Shown piece after piece: positions 8,814 to 23,800 of a stretch of DNA of 64,000 nucleotides. The notes under the pieces were generated by a model. That model saw only the letters and a program-made list of their open reading frames with translations, did not search any database and had not been told where the DNA came from. The stretch lies in the IMG/VR virus record IMGVR_UViG_3300020248_000002. One strand, given 5' to 3'. The position numbers and the translations under genes were made by a program. This DNA comes from a virus. Within the stretch, counting starts at the first letter, position 1. Every line of letters starts with the position of its first letter.

Positions 8814-11800
8814 ATGAAGTCAGTTAAGGTATCCCAACGGTTACAGGACCAGATCCCTGCGTTTATAAAAGAAGAGGATCAGTCTTTTGTAGACTTGCTA
8901 GTACAATACTACAAGTCACAGGAGAAAAGTGGTAAACCGTATGATATTTTAAACAATATTTTAAGTTATACAGATATTTCAAGTGACGAATATGATCCTA
9001 ACTTTATTTCTTCATCATCTATTGTTTTAGATCGCATAGGTGCTACTGATCAAAATATTACTGTAGAAACTGTTGATAATTTTCTTGAGAAAGATGGAAC
9101 AATAAAGATTGATAATGAAATTATTTTTTATGAAGAAACAACTAAATCACCAGAGGTTGTATTTACTCCAGGTGTCAATAAGTTAGAATTTGATAAGAAA
9201 ATACAAGAGTTAGAAAATATAAGACCTCTATTTGATGGAACTGAAACAAGTTTCCAATTAAAACTACTTGGAACTCCAATTACACCAAGTTCTGTTGAGT
9301 ATTTACGTGTTATAATAAATGGTTTGCAGTTAGAACCTAATGTTGATTATTTTCTTGATGGATCAAACATTAGATTCCAAACTCCTCCTGCAAACCTTGC
9401 AGGATCAACTACAGTAACTAAGATTGAATATCTTATAGGTTATACAAGTGTTCCTGTTAGAGTTTTAGATGTAATTAATATAACTGACGACCTTGTAGGT
9501 GCAAAAATACTTCCATTAAGGTTAAACACTGTTGTATATACACCTTTATCTACAGTATCTTGTTTGATTGCTGTAAATGGAGTGGTTCAAGAACCATTTA
9601 CTGACTACACAGTTTATAATGATCATTTAATACTAAAAAAAGCAGTATCTTTAAATGATAAGATTACTGTAAGGTCTGTTGAACTAATTGCACCTCAATT
9701 TGGTAAAGGTGCTTCTGCTATTGCTAGAGTTAGTGATAATAAAGTTACAGATTTAATTGTAAAAAATGGTGGTCAAGATTATAGAATTAATTTCACACCA
9801 AAAGTAACTATTCTTACTCCAGAAGGTGTAACTGGTAAAGAAGCGACTGCTGAAGCACTTGTAAATGGTATTAAGAATGTACAATTAATTGATGGTGGTC
9901 AAGGTTATACTTCTGCTAACCCTCCTGTAGTTGTATTTGATACACCCGCAGATCCTTCTGGTTCTATAGCAAAAGCAACTGTAACTGTTGATGATGCTAC
10001 TGGTCAAGTCACAGGAATTAACGTACAATCATCTGGATCTGGATATGACACTATTCCATCCATTAGTTTTACAAATGCAGCAGGTGCAACTATTAGTGAT
10101 GCTCAAATTGACTCGGAAGGAAAGGTAGTTGATGGATCTATCCAAGTATTAACTAAAGGATTACATTATACAACTGCTCCAGAAGTCTATATTGATGCTC
10201 CTGTTGATCCTATTGGTATTAGAGCATCTGCCATAGCAGTTTTAGATGATCAGAGCAGAGTAGACAGGATTGAAATGATTTCTCCTGGTAGAGGATATGT
10301 AACTCCTCCTAGATGTCGTATTATTGATCCTATAGGTGCTCAAATACTTGATGTTAAGGTATCTGGTGGTAAATTAACTGATATTCAACTTTTAACTGGT
10401 GGATCTGGTTACAATGATGCACCATCTGTTTATATTGTTGATAATAGAAAGAATTTATCTGGTGAAGCAATAGGTGGAACTGGAGCAACTGCTGTTGCAA
10501 CAATATTCAATGGTGAAATTACTGATATTAATATAACAAGTTTTGGTGATGGATATTCTGATACTGAACCTCCACAAGTCTTTATCGCAAGTCCAAAAGC
10601 AGCAGCAGCGTCTTGTGATGTTGGATTTCAAGAAATAACTGGTTTTACAGTTCATTCACACGGTTCTGAATATCAACCATCACAATTTAAGAATTGTAAA
10701 AGAGGAGTTTCTGGTGTTTCTTCATATGATATTAGAGGAAACCAAGTATTTACTAATGAAGCACAAAGTATTCAATCTTCACACGAAGTTGGAACTTCTA
10801 TAGAAAATTTAGATTCTTTATTTGCAAAAACACTATATGAACGTTTTGTAAATCAATTCTTACCTGATGCTGATATTGATTACACTACAATCAACGCTCC
10901 ACAGATTGTTAAGACAATTAAAGACTTTTATGTCTCTAAAGGTACAAAAACTGCTACAGAATACTTATTTAAAATATTATTCTCTGAAAATGTTGATGTT
11001 TCATATCCAAAAGATGAATTAATCAAACCATCTGCTGCAACTTGGTCTGTTGACACTATTATTCGTGTTGAATTGATAAGTGGTAATCCAGTTGATATTT
11101 TAGACTCTCAATTATTCCAATATGCAGATGCTGTAGATACAACTGTTGGAAATGCTGTATGTTTAGTTGAAAACGTTATTGCAATCAACACTGGTGATAG
11201 AACAATCTATGAATTATCAATATCTGAGGAAACTTTAGAAGGTAAGTTCTCAATACCTTATAAAACCACTCTTGTAGAACCACTAACGACAACTGAGTCT
11301 ATTATAACTGTTGACTCTACTATTGGGTGGCCAGAAAGAAACGGTATCATCATTATGGGTGATAGTGAAAGAATACAATATAAAGAAAAATCATTAAACC
11401 AGTTTATTGAGTGTACACGTTCTAAAAATGGTATTGTAGAAGATTGGGATTCTGGTACTCCAATTTACTCTGATATTTTCTGTTATATCAATAGAGGACT
11501 AGATACTGAAGTAAAATTACGTGTTCTTGGTATTGCTGAAGCAACAGGAACAGTTCTTACTGATACTGGTTCATATTATCTTCCTAGTGACAAATTAAAC
11601 GTAGCATCTCTTGGTTCTTCATCTACAGATCAGAGAGTTACATCTTGGTTATATAATGTTAAAAAATTAATCTCTGTAAACAATATTGAACCAGGTGGTC
11701 TTAATAACCAGACTGCAACTGTTTACACTACAAATAATCACGGTCTTCTTGTTGGTGACTCTGTAACAATCTATGGTGCAAACCCAACGATATTTAACGG

Positions 11801-14800
11801 TACGTTTTCTGTAACTTCTCGTATTAGTGCTACTGTATTCTCATATCAAATATCTGCTCCTGCACCTAATTCACCTCAAGGTAACATTTTGATGTCTGTT
11901 GACCTTAATAAAGGTAAATCAGATGAAGAATCAATCAATAACTCTATCGCACAATTTACAACTAATGTACAAAATACGTTCTTCAACTCAAATTACTCTT
12001 ATATTGCTACAACAGGTATTCCAAACTATAAAGTTGGTCCGTTCATTGGGTCTGCTCTACTCCCAGGAAACCAAAGAAAGTTAAGTAGATTTCCTAGAAT
12101 TGTTGATACTGTATCACGTCGTGATGATTTATCATTTGGTCCTATTGGATGTTGGGTAAATGGTGTTGCTGTTTGGTCTTATAAGTCTCAAATTAAGACA
12201 AAATTTGGTGGAATTACAAGTTTTGATATTGTAGATGCAGGTGAAGGATATGACGCTGCTTCTAAACCATTAATTGAAATAAGTGGTGGTGGTGGATCTG
12301 GTGCTGCTGCTAGTGTTGTTGTAAATGGTTCTTTATTTAATGTTGATGTAACAGCAGGTGGTTCTGGATACACCTCATCTCCATTAGTTTCTATTGTTGG
12401 TGGAGGTGGATTTGGTGCTACTGCAACTGCTGTTATTACAAATGGAGTTGTAAGTAAAGTTCTTGTTGAAACACCTGGTCAAGGGTACACCTCAGCACCT
12501 ACTGTAAGCATCTCAGGAGGCAATGGAACAGGTGCAACTGCTACTGCCGAGGTAAGAGGTCCTATTCAATCTATTAGTGTAGATACAGCAGGATCAAGTT
12601 ATACAACTGCACCTAATATTAAATTAAATTCTGGTGAAGGTGCTGTTGCACAACCAATTATTATCAATGGTCGTATTGTATCAATCGCTATTATTAACTC
12701 AGGTAGTGGATATACATCTCCTCCTAATGTAATTATTAATGGTGATGGTTATGGTGCTATTGCAAAAGCAACCATAGGAACATTTGGTGAAGATAAAGGA
12801 CGTGTTTTAAGTATTACTGTTGAGAACAGAGGTATAGGATATTCAACTGGTCTTACAACTATTCGTTGTGAATCTATTGGTCAAGGTGCATCATTTACTG
12901 CAAATGTATTTGAGTGGACACAGAACTTAGAAACTGAACTATCAGGACTAATGGATCCTTCTCGTGGTTATGTATTTGCAGGATATAACACACAATATGG
13001 TGGTGAATATGCACATTTATCAGATCCTAAACAATTACGTTATGTTCTTGGTGATAATGTATTTAAAGATCCATCATCAGGAAATCTTAGAGAACTTTCA
13101 GCAGGACTAAGACACTCTCCTATTATTGGTTGGGCATTTGATGGAAACCCAATATACGGACCATATGGTTATATTGATGCTGCTGATCAGTCATCTGGTA
13201 TTAAGAGATGTGTATCTTCTTACAGAGTAAAACCTGCGTTATTATTTGACAGTGCAACCAATCCAAATCCAGTTCGTGCTGATGGACCACTATTATCAGA
13301 CAAACCCGCAGGAACTTATATAGAAGATTATGAGTATGTGTTCCAAGCAGGTGATTTAGATCAGTATAATGGTAGATATTGTAAGACACCTGAATATCCT
13401 GAAGGAACTTATGCTTATTTTGTTTCCATTGACGCATCAGAAGCAGGTTTACCTGTATTCCCATATGTCTGTGGACCACAATTATATTCAAGACCTGACG
13501 AATGGAACTATAGTCAAGATGCTGTACAAACCAATATTCCTCTTGATGTTGTTAGATTCCGTGATCCTTATGAAGATGTTGACATTGATATTCAACGTAC
13601 ACCTAACCAAGATACAGATACTCTTGTAACTGAGATAGGTGACGAGTTTATCTTTGAAATAGAAGATACTAACAGAGATGGTGTTATATCAACAGAAGAA
13701 GAAAACGAATTAAATTATATCTCAGAAGAACCTGTACTGCAATTATTTGATTACTACCCTAGTGTATCTACTAGATCACAGGTTGATATTGAGATTGATA
13801 CTACTACTAAATTTGAAGATGCTAAAATTAGTGGATTTGTAGTTGAAAACCCAGGTATATCATATAAAGTTAATGATAAGTTGTTCTTTGACGATACAGG
13901 AACTGGTGGATATGGTGCATCTGCTAAAGTAAATGCTGTAAAAGGTATTGATGTCAGTCAGTACACTTCATCTATGGTTAATGATTCACCGTTAGCAAAG
14001 ATTACAACTACTGGTGAACACGATTTAAGAGTTAATGATGAAATTATTGTTGATAGTATTCCTATTATTGATCAAACAAACAAAACATTTAGAGTAAAAG
14101 TTGTATCTGGTGTTGAAACAGTAAATATTAGTCAACAAGGTCTTGGATATAATGATGATATTCCACCAACTTACGAAATTGTTACAGGAACTGGTCAAGA
14201 TTTTAAATTAGAACTTGTACAACTTGAATCTGGTGCTGTTAATACAGTTAATATTATTAACTCTGGATCAGAATATACACCTAGCAATCCACCAGAAGTT
14301 AGAGTAAGTCATCCACAAAGATATAAAAAAGCAAATTATGCTCTTACATTATTAGATGAGAGTAGTGGTATTGAGAAAATAGTAAAACTTAAAGATATTG
14401 TTACTGCTGATGATAGAACATTCTATGTTGTCGGTGAAGCAGATGATGTTGATGGAGATTCAGCAGGATTACTTGCAAAATTCAATAGTGATGGTAGATT
14501 GTTGTGGACACGTACAATGGCACCACTACAACCTGCTGCGGGAGATAAACGTTGTGTATTTAACAGAATTTATCTTGAAAACACATCACCACATTCTATC
14601 TACGTTGTTGGTGAAACAATTCCTAATAATGTCAACTTATCATACAATCCAGACCTAGTTGTTGCCAAATATACCTCTGGATTTGATGCACAGAACAATC
14701 CTACTGCTGTTCCTGTATGGCAACGTGAAATTGCAGGTATATCTGGTTCTTCAAGAAGAGATTATATATCATCCTTAACTATAGATGATAACGGTCAAAT

Positions 14801-17800
14801 ATACGTTGGTGGTACAACAGATACTAACTCTCCAAATCCAGATGATATGTGGATTGCTTTGTTAGATGAACAGGGTGCTATTAAAGAAAAACGTAAGATA
14901 TGTACTGCATCAGGATCAGAACAATTAACAGACCTTAAATTTACAAGTGATAACACCTGTATATTTGTTGGTGTTAATGATCCTGCGGGAACGAGTGAAA
15001 TTATTATTGGTGAAACTAACTATGATAATGTAACTATTAACGTTTCTTGGAGTAGACAGTTTGGTAATACTGGATATAGATTCTCTAATCCTAAAATTAC
15101 TATTGATGACTATGGTTCTAGATACGTAACTGCAACTGCATACCAAATTTCTAATACCAAGAATACTGGTGTTTTGTATATGAAGTTTGCACCTAGTGAT
15201 TACAAAACTCCATCAGTTGTTAAATTACTTTCACCTACTGGTGTATTTGAAGATATACAATCAACTGGAGTTAAATTTGATATATTTGGTAATATTGATG
15301 TTGGTGCATACGTTAAATATGCTTTCAATGATCATAGAGCAATCATATTCAAGATTTCTTGGAATACAAGTAATATATTAACTGCTGCTTCTGTAAAACA
15401 GGTTAGTGGTATTGGTTTCCAACCAACTACAATTAGTAACGATAATTCTGGTGATACTATTATTGCAGGTAATAAAATTGAATCTAATGAATTAGCAATA
15501 CTCAATTTTGAATCAACTATAACTGGAGATGAAACATATAATAATACTTTAACAGCAGGATGGTCTGTAGATCCTACATTAGATACTTCTAAATGGAAAT
15601 ATGGTGCACAGTCAGCAAATATCAGTGCTGCTGCGAATAGACTATCGTTAGACTGGGGTGCTGATGTAGCAACAAATTATACTATTGAAGCGTGGATCGC
15701 TATTGGGCAAGCACAATACAATGCTCAAAGTTCTACACCAAATATTTTTGATGTTGCTCCTACTACAGGTGATAATGCAGTTGTAGAACTAGAAGGTGAT
15801 GCTACAAGTCCTGATTTTGGTAAAGTTCGTTTAAAGTTAGGTTCTAATACTTACCTATCTACAACCACAACTAACTGGACAACATTTAATAACGAAGCAT
15901 TTATACACGTTGCTCTTGTTAAGTCAACTCCTGGTGTTGGTACTTACGTTTATAAAGTATTCATCAATGGTGTTGAACAAATTGATGTAACAAGTACAAC
16001 TATAGATACACAACTTAAATCTATACTATTATTTGGTAAATCATCTCCTGTTGTCGCTAGTTCTATTGGTGGTTGGGTAGATAATATTTCTGTATCAGGT
16101 ATTGCAAAATATAGTGATACATTTACTCCTGCACAAGCAGTTGGTTCTAATAAAACAGTATCTGCTTTCTGCTACAAGTTAGATAGAGAACAAACTAAGA
16201 CTGGAACATATACATTAAACACCGTTCAAACTGGTATGCAGATTCAAGTCGCAGCCGCTGTGAACGACTTTACGTTTAATACCCAGGTGATTACTTCTGG
16301 AGATTGGACATTAGGTCCTGCGGGTCTACAAATACTTGATTATGCTGATGTTGTATCAAATAATGTTGAAGGAACTTACTCATTTACGTCTACAGATCAG
16401 ATATATGAGACTAGAACTGCTACTATCCCAACACCTCTTGGTAGAAAACTACTACTAAGCACTACTGTTATTCCTAAATTCTATATTCGTGATGCAATAT
16501 ATCAGTCTATTGATACTGTAAAGACAGTAACATTTAACCAAACAGCAAACTTTACTAAAGGTTCTATATTACAACAGTATTCAGTTATTGGTGGACAAGA
16601 TGTAGTCAGTGCATACGGTACTATTGTAAATGTTCGTGGAGCACAAGGACAGGTTGATATTGGTAATATTATTGGTAATTTTGATACTACTAAGAAATTA
16701 AAATCAACTGCAAATGATGTAAACCTTATTAATCAAACATTTTTAGTTGAAACAACTATACCTCAATGGTTTACAAACTTCAGTTATACAACTGGAGATG
16801 AAGTTTATAATGCAGGTAAGATCTATACAGCAGGTTCTACTGGAGTTTCTGGTGCTAGTGCTCCTATTCATACGATTGGTACAGTAACTGATGGAAATAT
16901 AAACTGGGTATATACTCGTGATGCAGGTAGTTTTAATATAGATCTTGCAAATACTTCATATTCTAGTGGAACATTAAATCAATTTGGTTCTTGGAGACCA
17001 TTTGTAGCAACAGATTACTCAATTAGAATTGAAGCAGTATATGAGGGATCAGCATTTATTAAAGGTGATAACATTGATGCTGACGCTGTTGGTCTTTCAG
17101 CAACATTCGATGCTACTGGAAAGATAATAACAATATCAGGTTTAGTTGGAGTTAAGAAATTCCATCTTACATCGAATCTTGATAAAGATATTATTCCAAC
17201 TGGTGCTCTAGCATTTACAGATTTAGTATTCTGTGTTTCTACAAGTAGGCATAATTTTACTCAAAACGAAATTATATTTGTTGAAGGATTTACAACAACT
17301 GAATATGGTGGATCATTCTTTGTAGAAGAGGTTCTTGATAGTAGAAGATTCTTATATCGTTTAAGATCAACTGCTGTACAAGATCCTTCATTTACAAGTT
17401 CTACTATTGCAAGTGTTAATATCTACGCTAAACATCCACAATTATTATTTGTTCGTAAACATCAATACATATTTGACCTTGATGATCCATCTAATTTTGG
17501 ATATTATATGTCGTTCTCTAAGGATAATCAATATAAATTAGAATATCCTTTTGTAAACATTGTTAGAGAGGGTATCCCAGGTTTAACTGACCAAACATCA
17601 CCTAAACCACTTGTTAAGTTTATTGTTGATGAAGATGTTACCAATATTTCATATTACTTCGATCCATCAAGAACTCTTCCAAGTAACTCTCCTGTAGGTG
17701 AAGCATCATTTATTGACGTTATAGAAACTCCTTATAAAGGAACATTTAATATTAATCAGATATTATCAGATACAGAATTTACATTCCCACTTCTTGTAGA

Positions 17801-20800
17801 ACCAGAAAAAACAACTGCTCCTTTAGGAACAACTGAAACAGGTCTTACAAGAGCATCTTATAGTACAACTTCTCTAAAAGCGATTGGTCCTATTGCAAGT
17901 ATCAAACTGGTAAACCCAGGTGGTTTCTATCAGAAATTACCTATTGTTACTGATATATCATCTGATAGAGAAATTGAGAAAATACGTATCATATCTGGTG
18001 GTACAGAATACATTAATGGCATCTATTATAATGTTCCTATTGCAGGAGATGGTGAAGGTGGTCTATGTAATATTACAGTTGCAGATGATGGTGAATTAAC
18101 AGGTGTTATTACTGCTGTTGAATTAACATCTCCAGGTAAAGGATATACTACTGCATCTATTGATATTGATACTATTCCAGGAATATTGGGATCACTATTA
18201 CAAGGTTCTGGTGGACAACTTGATGTTGTAATTCCTGCTGAGGGATCTGGTGCATCTGTGTTCTTACAAGGTACAAGTATTGGTAAGATTAAGAAACTTA
18301 AAAATAATGAATTTGGTTTCGGTTATTCTCACGATTATACACTAAGACCTGAGATTACATTCCCTGTAAACCTTCAGTTGTTTAATACTGCTATACTTTC
18401 TGAAATTAAGGTTACAGATCCTGGTTCTGGTTATACATCAATTCCTAGAGTTGTTATTGAAGGTGGTGGTGGATCAGGTGCTGAAGCAGAAGCGATTGTT
18501 AAAAATAATAGACTATCTGAAATAATAATTAAAAATCCTGGATCTGGATATAGTTCTGAACCATCAGTTACACTTAAGTCAGAATTTAACTATGTTGTAA
18601 ACCTTGATTTAGGATATTTACAGTTTAACTTCCCACACGGTATTACAACTGGTGCTGCTGTTCAACTTAGAGCAGAAGATTTAGGATCTACAGTTGGTGT
18701 TCTACCAAAACCAAGTTCAGCAGGTTTGGTTAGTTTAAGTTCTACAACCACTTACTATGCTATTGCAGGTGAGGCAAATTCACTTGAAGCAGACCAACTT
18801 AGAATAGCACTAACACAAGTTGATGCTGAGTCTGGTAACTTTATTACATTCTTAACTCAAGGTGATGGTCGTCAGATTCTTCTTACTGAAGTATTTGGTG
18901 GTCAAGCAACTGCTATTGTACAAACATCTCGTTTCTTAAAAGGAGAACTTGTATATCAAGGTTCATCCCTAGAAACTGCTACTGCAACAGGTTACGTTTC
19001 AGATAATGAAGGTTGGCAGATTGGTCCTCGTATATTAAAACTTGAAAACTATAACGGAAATTGGACTGTTGGAGAACGTGTAACTGCACAGGTATCTCGT
19101 GCATCTGGTTTGATTGATAACTTATCTATTGCTCGTGGTACATTGAATATAGACTCAATGACAACCACTACTGGTCAGTTTATTGATGACATTGGTAAAC
19201 CATCTGAAATTGTACAGAAAATTCAAGACTCTTACTTCTATCAGAACTTCTCTTACGTTATTAAATCACAAACTCCTATTAACGAATGGAGAAAGAGTAT
19301 TCTTGAAACCAATCACCCAGTTGGATTCAATATGTTTGGTGAATTGGCACTTGCAGCAGGTAAAGATATATCAGGAAGAAAGGTTGTATCTGATCTTGTT
19401 AAAGAAGTTAATATCTTTAGTGCTACTAATATTAATCAGATTACATCTTTTGCTAACTCACAACCAATATATACCGAGTTTAATAACACTGAAGTATTAT
19501 TCAGACAAAGAAGACTTACTAACTCTGAAGAAATCTTAACTTCTATTGTTAAAAAACTTGATAATATTGATAATGACTTTAATGGTGTTAAAACACAATT
19601 CCCATTGACTGTAGAAGGTGAATCTGTAACTGCAACTGATGATCAATTATTGATTCTTATTAACGGTGTTGCCCAGTCACCTGGAACTGCATTCACAACA
19701 TCTGGTCCATCTGTTGTATTCTCAGAACCACCTAAAGCACCATCAAGAATTAAGTTTAGAAATCTTACATTCTCTCAAATTAATATTATAAGATATACAT
19801 TTAGTACAACATCTGGTATTTTCCCACAAACAGGTAAACCTGTAAGGTCTTTACAGAACGAGGGAACTGCAACTGTCATTGATAGTGGTGTAGATTACAT
19901 TGATGTTATCGATGTAGAAGGTACTTTCCAGATTGGTGACAATGTTTTAGCGTCATCTAGTGGATTTGATGGTACATTAAGTGCTGTAACTGGTTTAACT
20001 AGCAAAACAATTTACGAACAAGGTGAAAGAATAACAAATTTACAAGGTGATTTTGCAATTATTGAAGAAAATAACCTTAGAGATGGTGTTGTAGACGCTA
20101 GATTGGTAGTTTCTCGTACATCTGGTACATCTGAATTTGAAACTGGTGACTTTAATATCAAATTTAACGACACAATATACTCTGCTGCATCTAAAATTGC
20201 TGCAAGAGTTACTGTAATTGCACCATATACAGACGATGTATCTCAACAAATCATTGATACTGTTGATTTATCACCTCCATCATCATTCTTTGGTCTAATT
20301 TTCCAACGTGTTCCTTCAATTACCTATCCAAATACTATCTTAGACAATATTTCTGAGACAGTTATCAATCCAGAAGAACTATATGAAGAGGGAACTGCTA
20401 ATAACCAAGACTTCTTAGACTTTGAAGAGGTAAGAAACCAAGAAATTAGATATAATTATCTGTCAGGATCACAATTTGTAGCAGGTGACTCAATACGTAA
20501 CAAACAAATCTACTATGATAACGCTTCATTAGTAGGTGTAGACGATCAACGTTCATTTGATGCTGCTGTATTGATAAGAAAGAATGCTAGATTCATTGCT
20601 GAAGAAGCAGTTGGATTAATGAAGGCATTTTTCCCATCATTTGTAGTTCCATCATTAGGTGGAGATAGAGATTGTGAAGATGATATTGTAGATATTTTAA
20701 ATATTGTTGCATATCAATTAGAAGTTGATGGTAACTCAGAAATCTGGGATGCTGCTAGTACATATGTACAGGGTAATGCAATATATCACGTTGATGGTGA

Positions 20801-23800
20801 AGTAGCACAAACAATATACGCATTTAACAAAGCACGTGATTTAGCGATACAGTGTATCCGCAATGAAGTTATTAATACAACTACCACTAATCTACCTCAA
20901 TATAGAGATCCTACTATCACAGAAGAGTTTGCTGTTATAAGCAATAGTCACGGTGATGCAAGAGATTTAATTCTTGCTAATAAATGGTTCATTGCATATG
21001 AAGCATTACATTATGCTAAAACACAAAATCCAGGATATAACGTATCAGGTGGAGATGTTCATTGTTTATCTGATATTGTTGATGTTCTTGAAGCGATGGT
21101 TTATAACTTAGCACACGGTGGTAATAACTTTGTATATAAAGCAACTAAGAAAACTCTACAGTATGGTGTAACATCTGGTGATAGAGATACTATTGTAGAT
21201 GCTTTTACTAAGGCAAGAGATATTGCTATTGAAGTAATGAGAAATAATGCTTGGACAAAAGCAGGATCTCATAACTGGAATCAAGTAACTGATACATCTA
21301 TAACCGCTGATCCTGCAAACCCAACTTGTCAGGCAGTTGCATCAGCAATTACTACACTAATGAATATTTTGATTACTAATCTTGGATCAACTGCATCTCC
21401 AGGAACAGTAGCAGCATTTGAAGCAGCAGTAACTGAGACTGCACCTTCTGGAGCGTATGCAGGATATACTAACAGTTGTGTTAATCAGGCAAATGCTATA
21501 ACATCCTATATGAGAATCATTACTGATACTCTAGAGGATCCTACAGGTGGCACTCCTGCAACATATCAGTGGGCAATTACTAATGTACCTCGTGTTCTTC
21601 CTCCTTATGCTTTTGTGGATGGAGAAACTTTACGTTGTGCTAAACACGCTTATAGAGATAAATCATCTGGTGGATTCTTTGTATTTGGTGATACTGTAAG
21701 AGCAGTTACATCAGGTGCAACATATGATGTTATTGGATCTAATGCAGGTAACAAGTGGATCTTCTCTAAACAGATTAGTGGTGTATTACAAGCAGGTGAG
21801 TACATAACCAACTCTAAACTTACATATGCAAACGTATCTCAAGATAAATTAACATTTAAAACTGATTCTGGTTCACTTAGATTTACTGGATCTGGTTCAT
21901 ATGCTACTTTCCCATCAAGTAATGCTGTATTATTTGGTGATGGAGCAGATGCTGCTACTGGTGACTATACAATGGAATTATGGATACGTCCTGCTTCTGT
22001 TACTGGCACACAGAGACTTATTGATCTTAGAGAGTCATCTTCTGACACTAAGTTAGGTATATTGATGTCTGGTCAGTCACTTCGCTTATCTATAGGTGCT
22101 AGTGATGTAATTACTGTTAGTTCTGCTATTACTACAATCAATAACTGGTATCATATTGCAGTATCTCGTTCTACAAGTGTTACTAAACTGTTTGTAAATG
22201 GTCAGCAGATGGGTACATACACTGATACAAACAATTATAATGCAAATAGTAAGATTACTGTTGGTGCAGGATGGAACAATGGTAATCCTTTCAATGGTTG
22301 GATTGATAATCTTATAATCCGCAAAGGAATTTCCCAGTACAATAGTAGTTTTACTCCCCCTATTATCTTTAACGATAGTACAGATGTATCATTCGCACTT
22401 CTTGGTGAAGCACCATTCCCTATGGAACAGAGTGCAGTATATGCAACATACGTTAATCATATAATATCTACTGCTACTGCTGATGAAGTTGAGCTATGGC
22501 GTTCTGAACTTACAACTGAAGGTGTTGATCTTAGTCGTGAAGAATATAGAATATGTGCTGAAGTTATACGTAAGAATATTGACTATATTGCTGAAGAAGC
22601 AGTTGGTCGTCTTAAGTATAGATACCCTGATTTTGTCATCCCTGGTGATGGTGGTATGAGTGGTTATGGATCTAATGTTTGTCTACGTGATACTAAATCA
22701 TATATTATTCCTGCTATAATTGACGATCTTATATCAGGTGGTAACTTCCAAACAACCATTGTTGGTCGTGCTTACATTGAAGGATCTGGTGCATTACAAC
22801 ATATTGGTGGTGAGCAATTACAATCAATCTATACTTGGAGAGAAGTTGCAAAACTTTGTATTGATGTAATTACATTAGATGAAGCAGATTTAGAAGGAAC
22901 TTATTCAACTAAAGTTCGTGTTCCTAATTATTTTGCATCTCCTGCATCTTCACAGATACAAACTGATATTATGACTCTTGTAGATGATCTATTAGATGTT
23001 ATAGGTCCTACAGGTCATAGATTTAGAGATGGTGCTGATTTAATTTACTTTAATAGAAAAGCAATCGCTGATGAAGCAGTATATTATATTGAAAACAAAT
23101 ATCAAGTACAAGTTGGTTTCTCAACAGTAAATAAACTAACAATACCTAATAGAGCAAAATGTGTAAGAGATATTAGAGATCATATACTTCCTGCTATTGC
23201 AGGTGACTTGGTTACAGGTGGTAACTTTGAAACTCAAGCAATGATTGATAGTTATCTCGATAATGAGACTAATATCAATTATATTGAAGATGAATTGCTT
23301 GCAATGATTGATGCGATTGAATATGCTAAGAAGTTAGCACAAAAAGCAATACAAGGTTTATTAATTGGTAGAAATGAGAACCCTGCTCAAGTCGCTGCTG
23401 ATTTCTCTGATTACTATCAGATGTTATACACAGATGAGTCTGTTTATCGTGACGATACTATTACAATAGATCCTAAAGCATATACTGGATCTGATAGAGA
23501 TCTTGACGCTGCAAATCTTTTACAGCAAAATGCTAAGACCATTGCAGGTGAAGCAGTTGATATTCTAACTAAAACATCGTTTGCACAATCTAAGAAGTTT
23601 AGAGTTCCAGGTGGTAAAGTTAACTGTGAAGATGATATTGTTGACATCATCGAATCTGTAGCACACGATTTACGTTTTGGTGGTAACAGCGAGACATATG
23701 ATGCTGCTGCTTTATACTTAAATACTGATTTAGCATTAAGTCACGTAACTAATCAATCTGATGAGACAATCTATGCGTTTAAGTTAGCAAGAGATATGTC

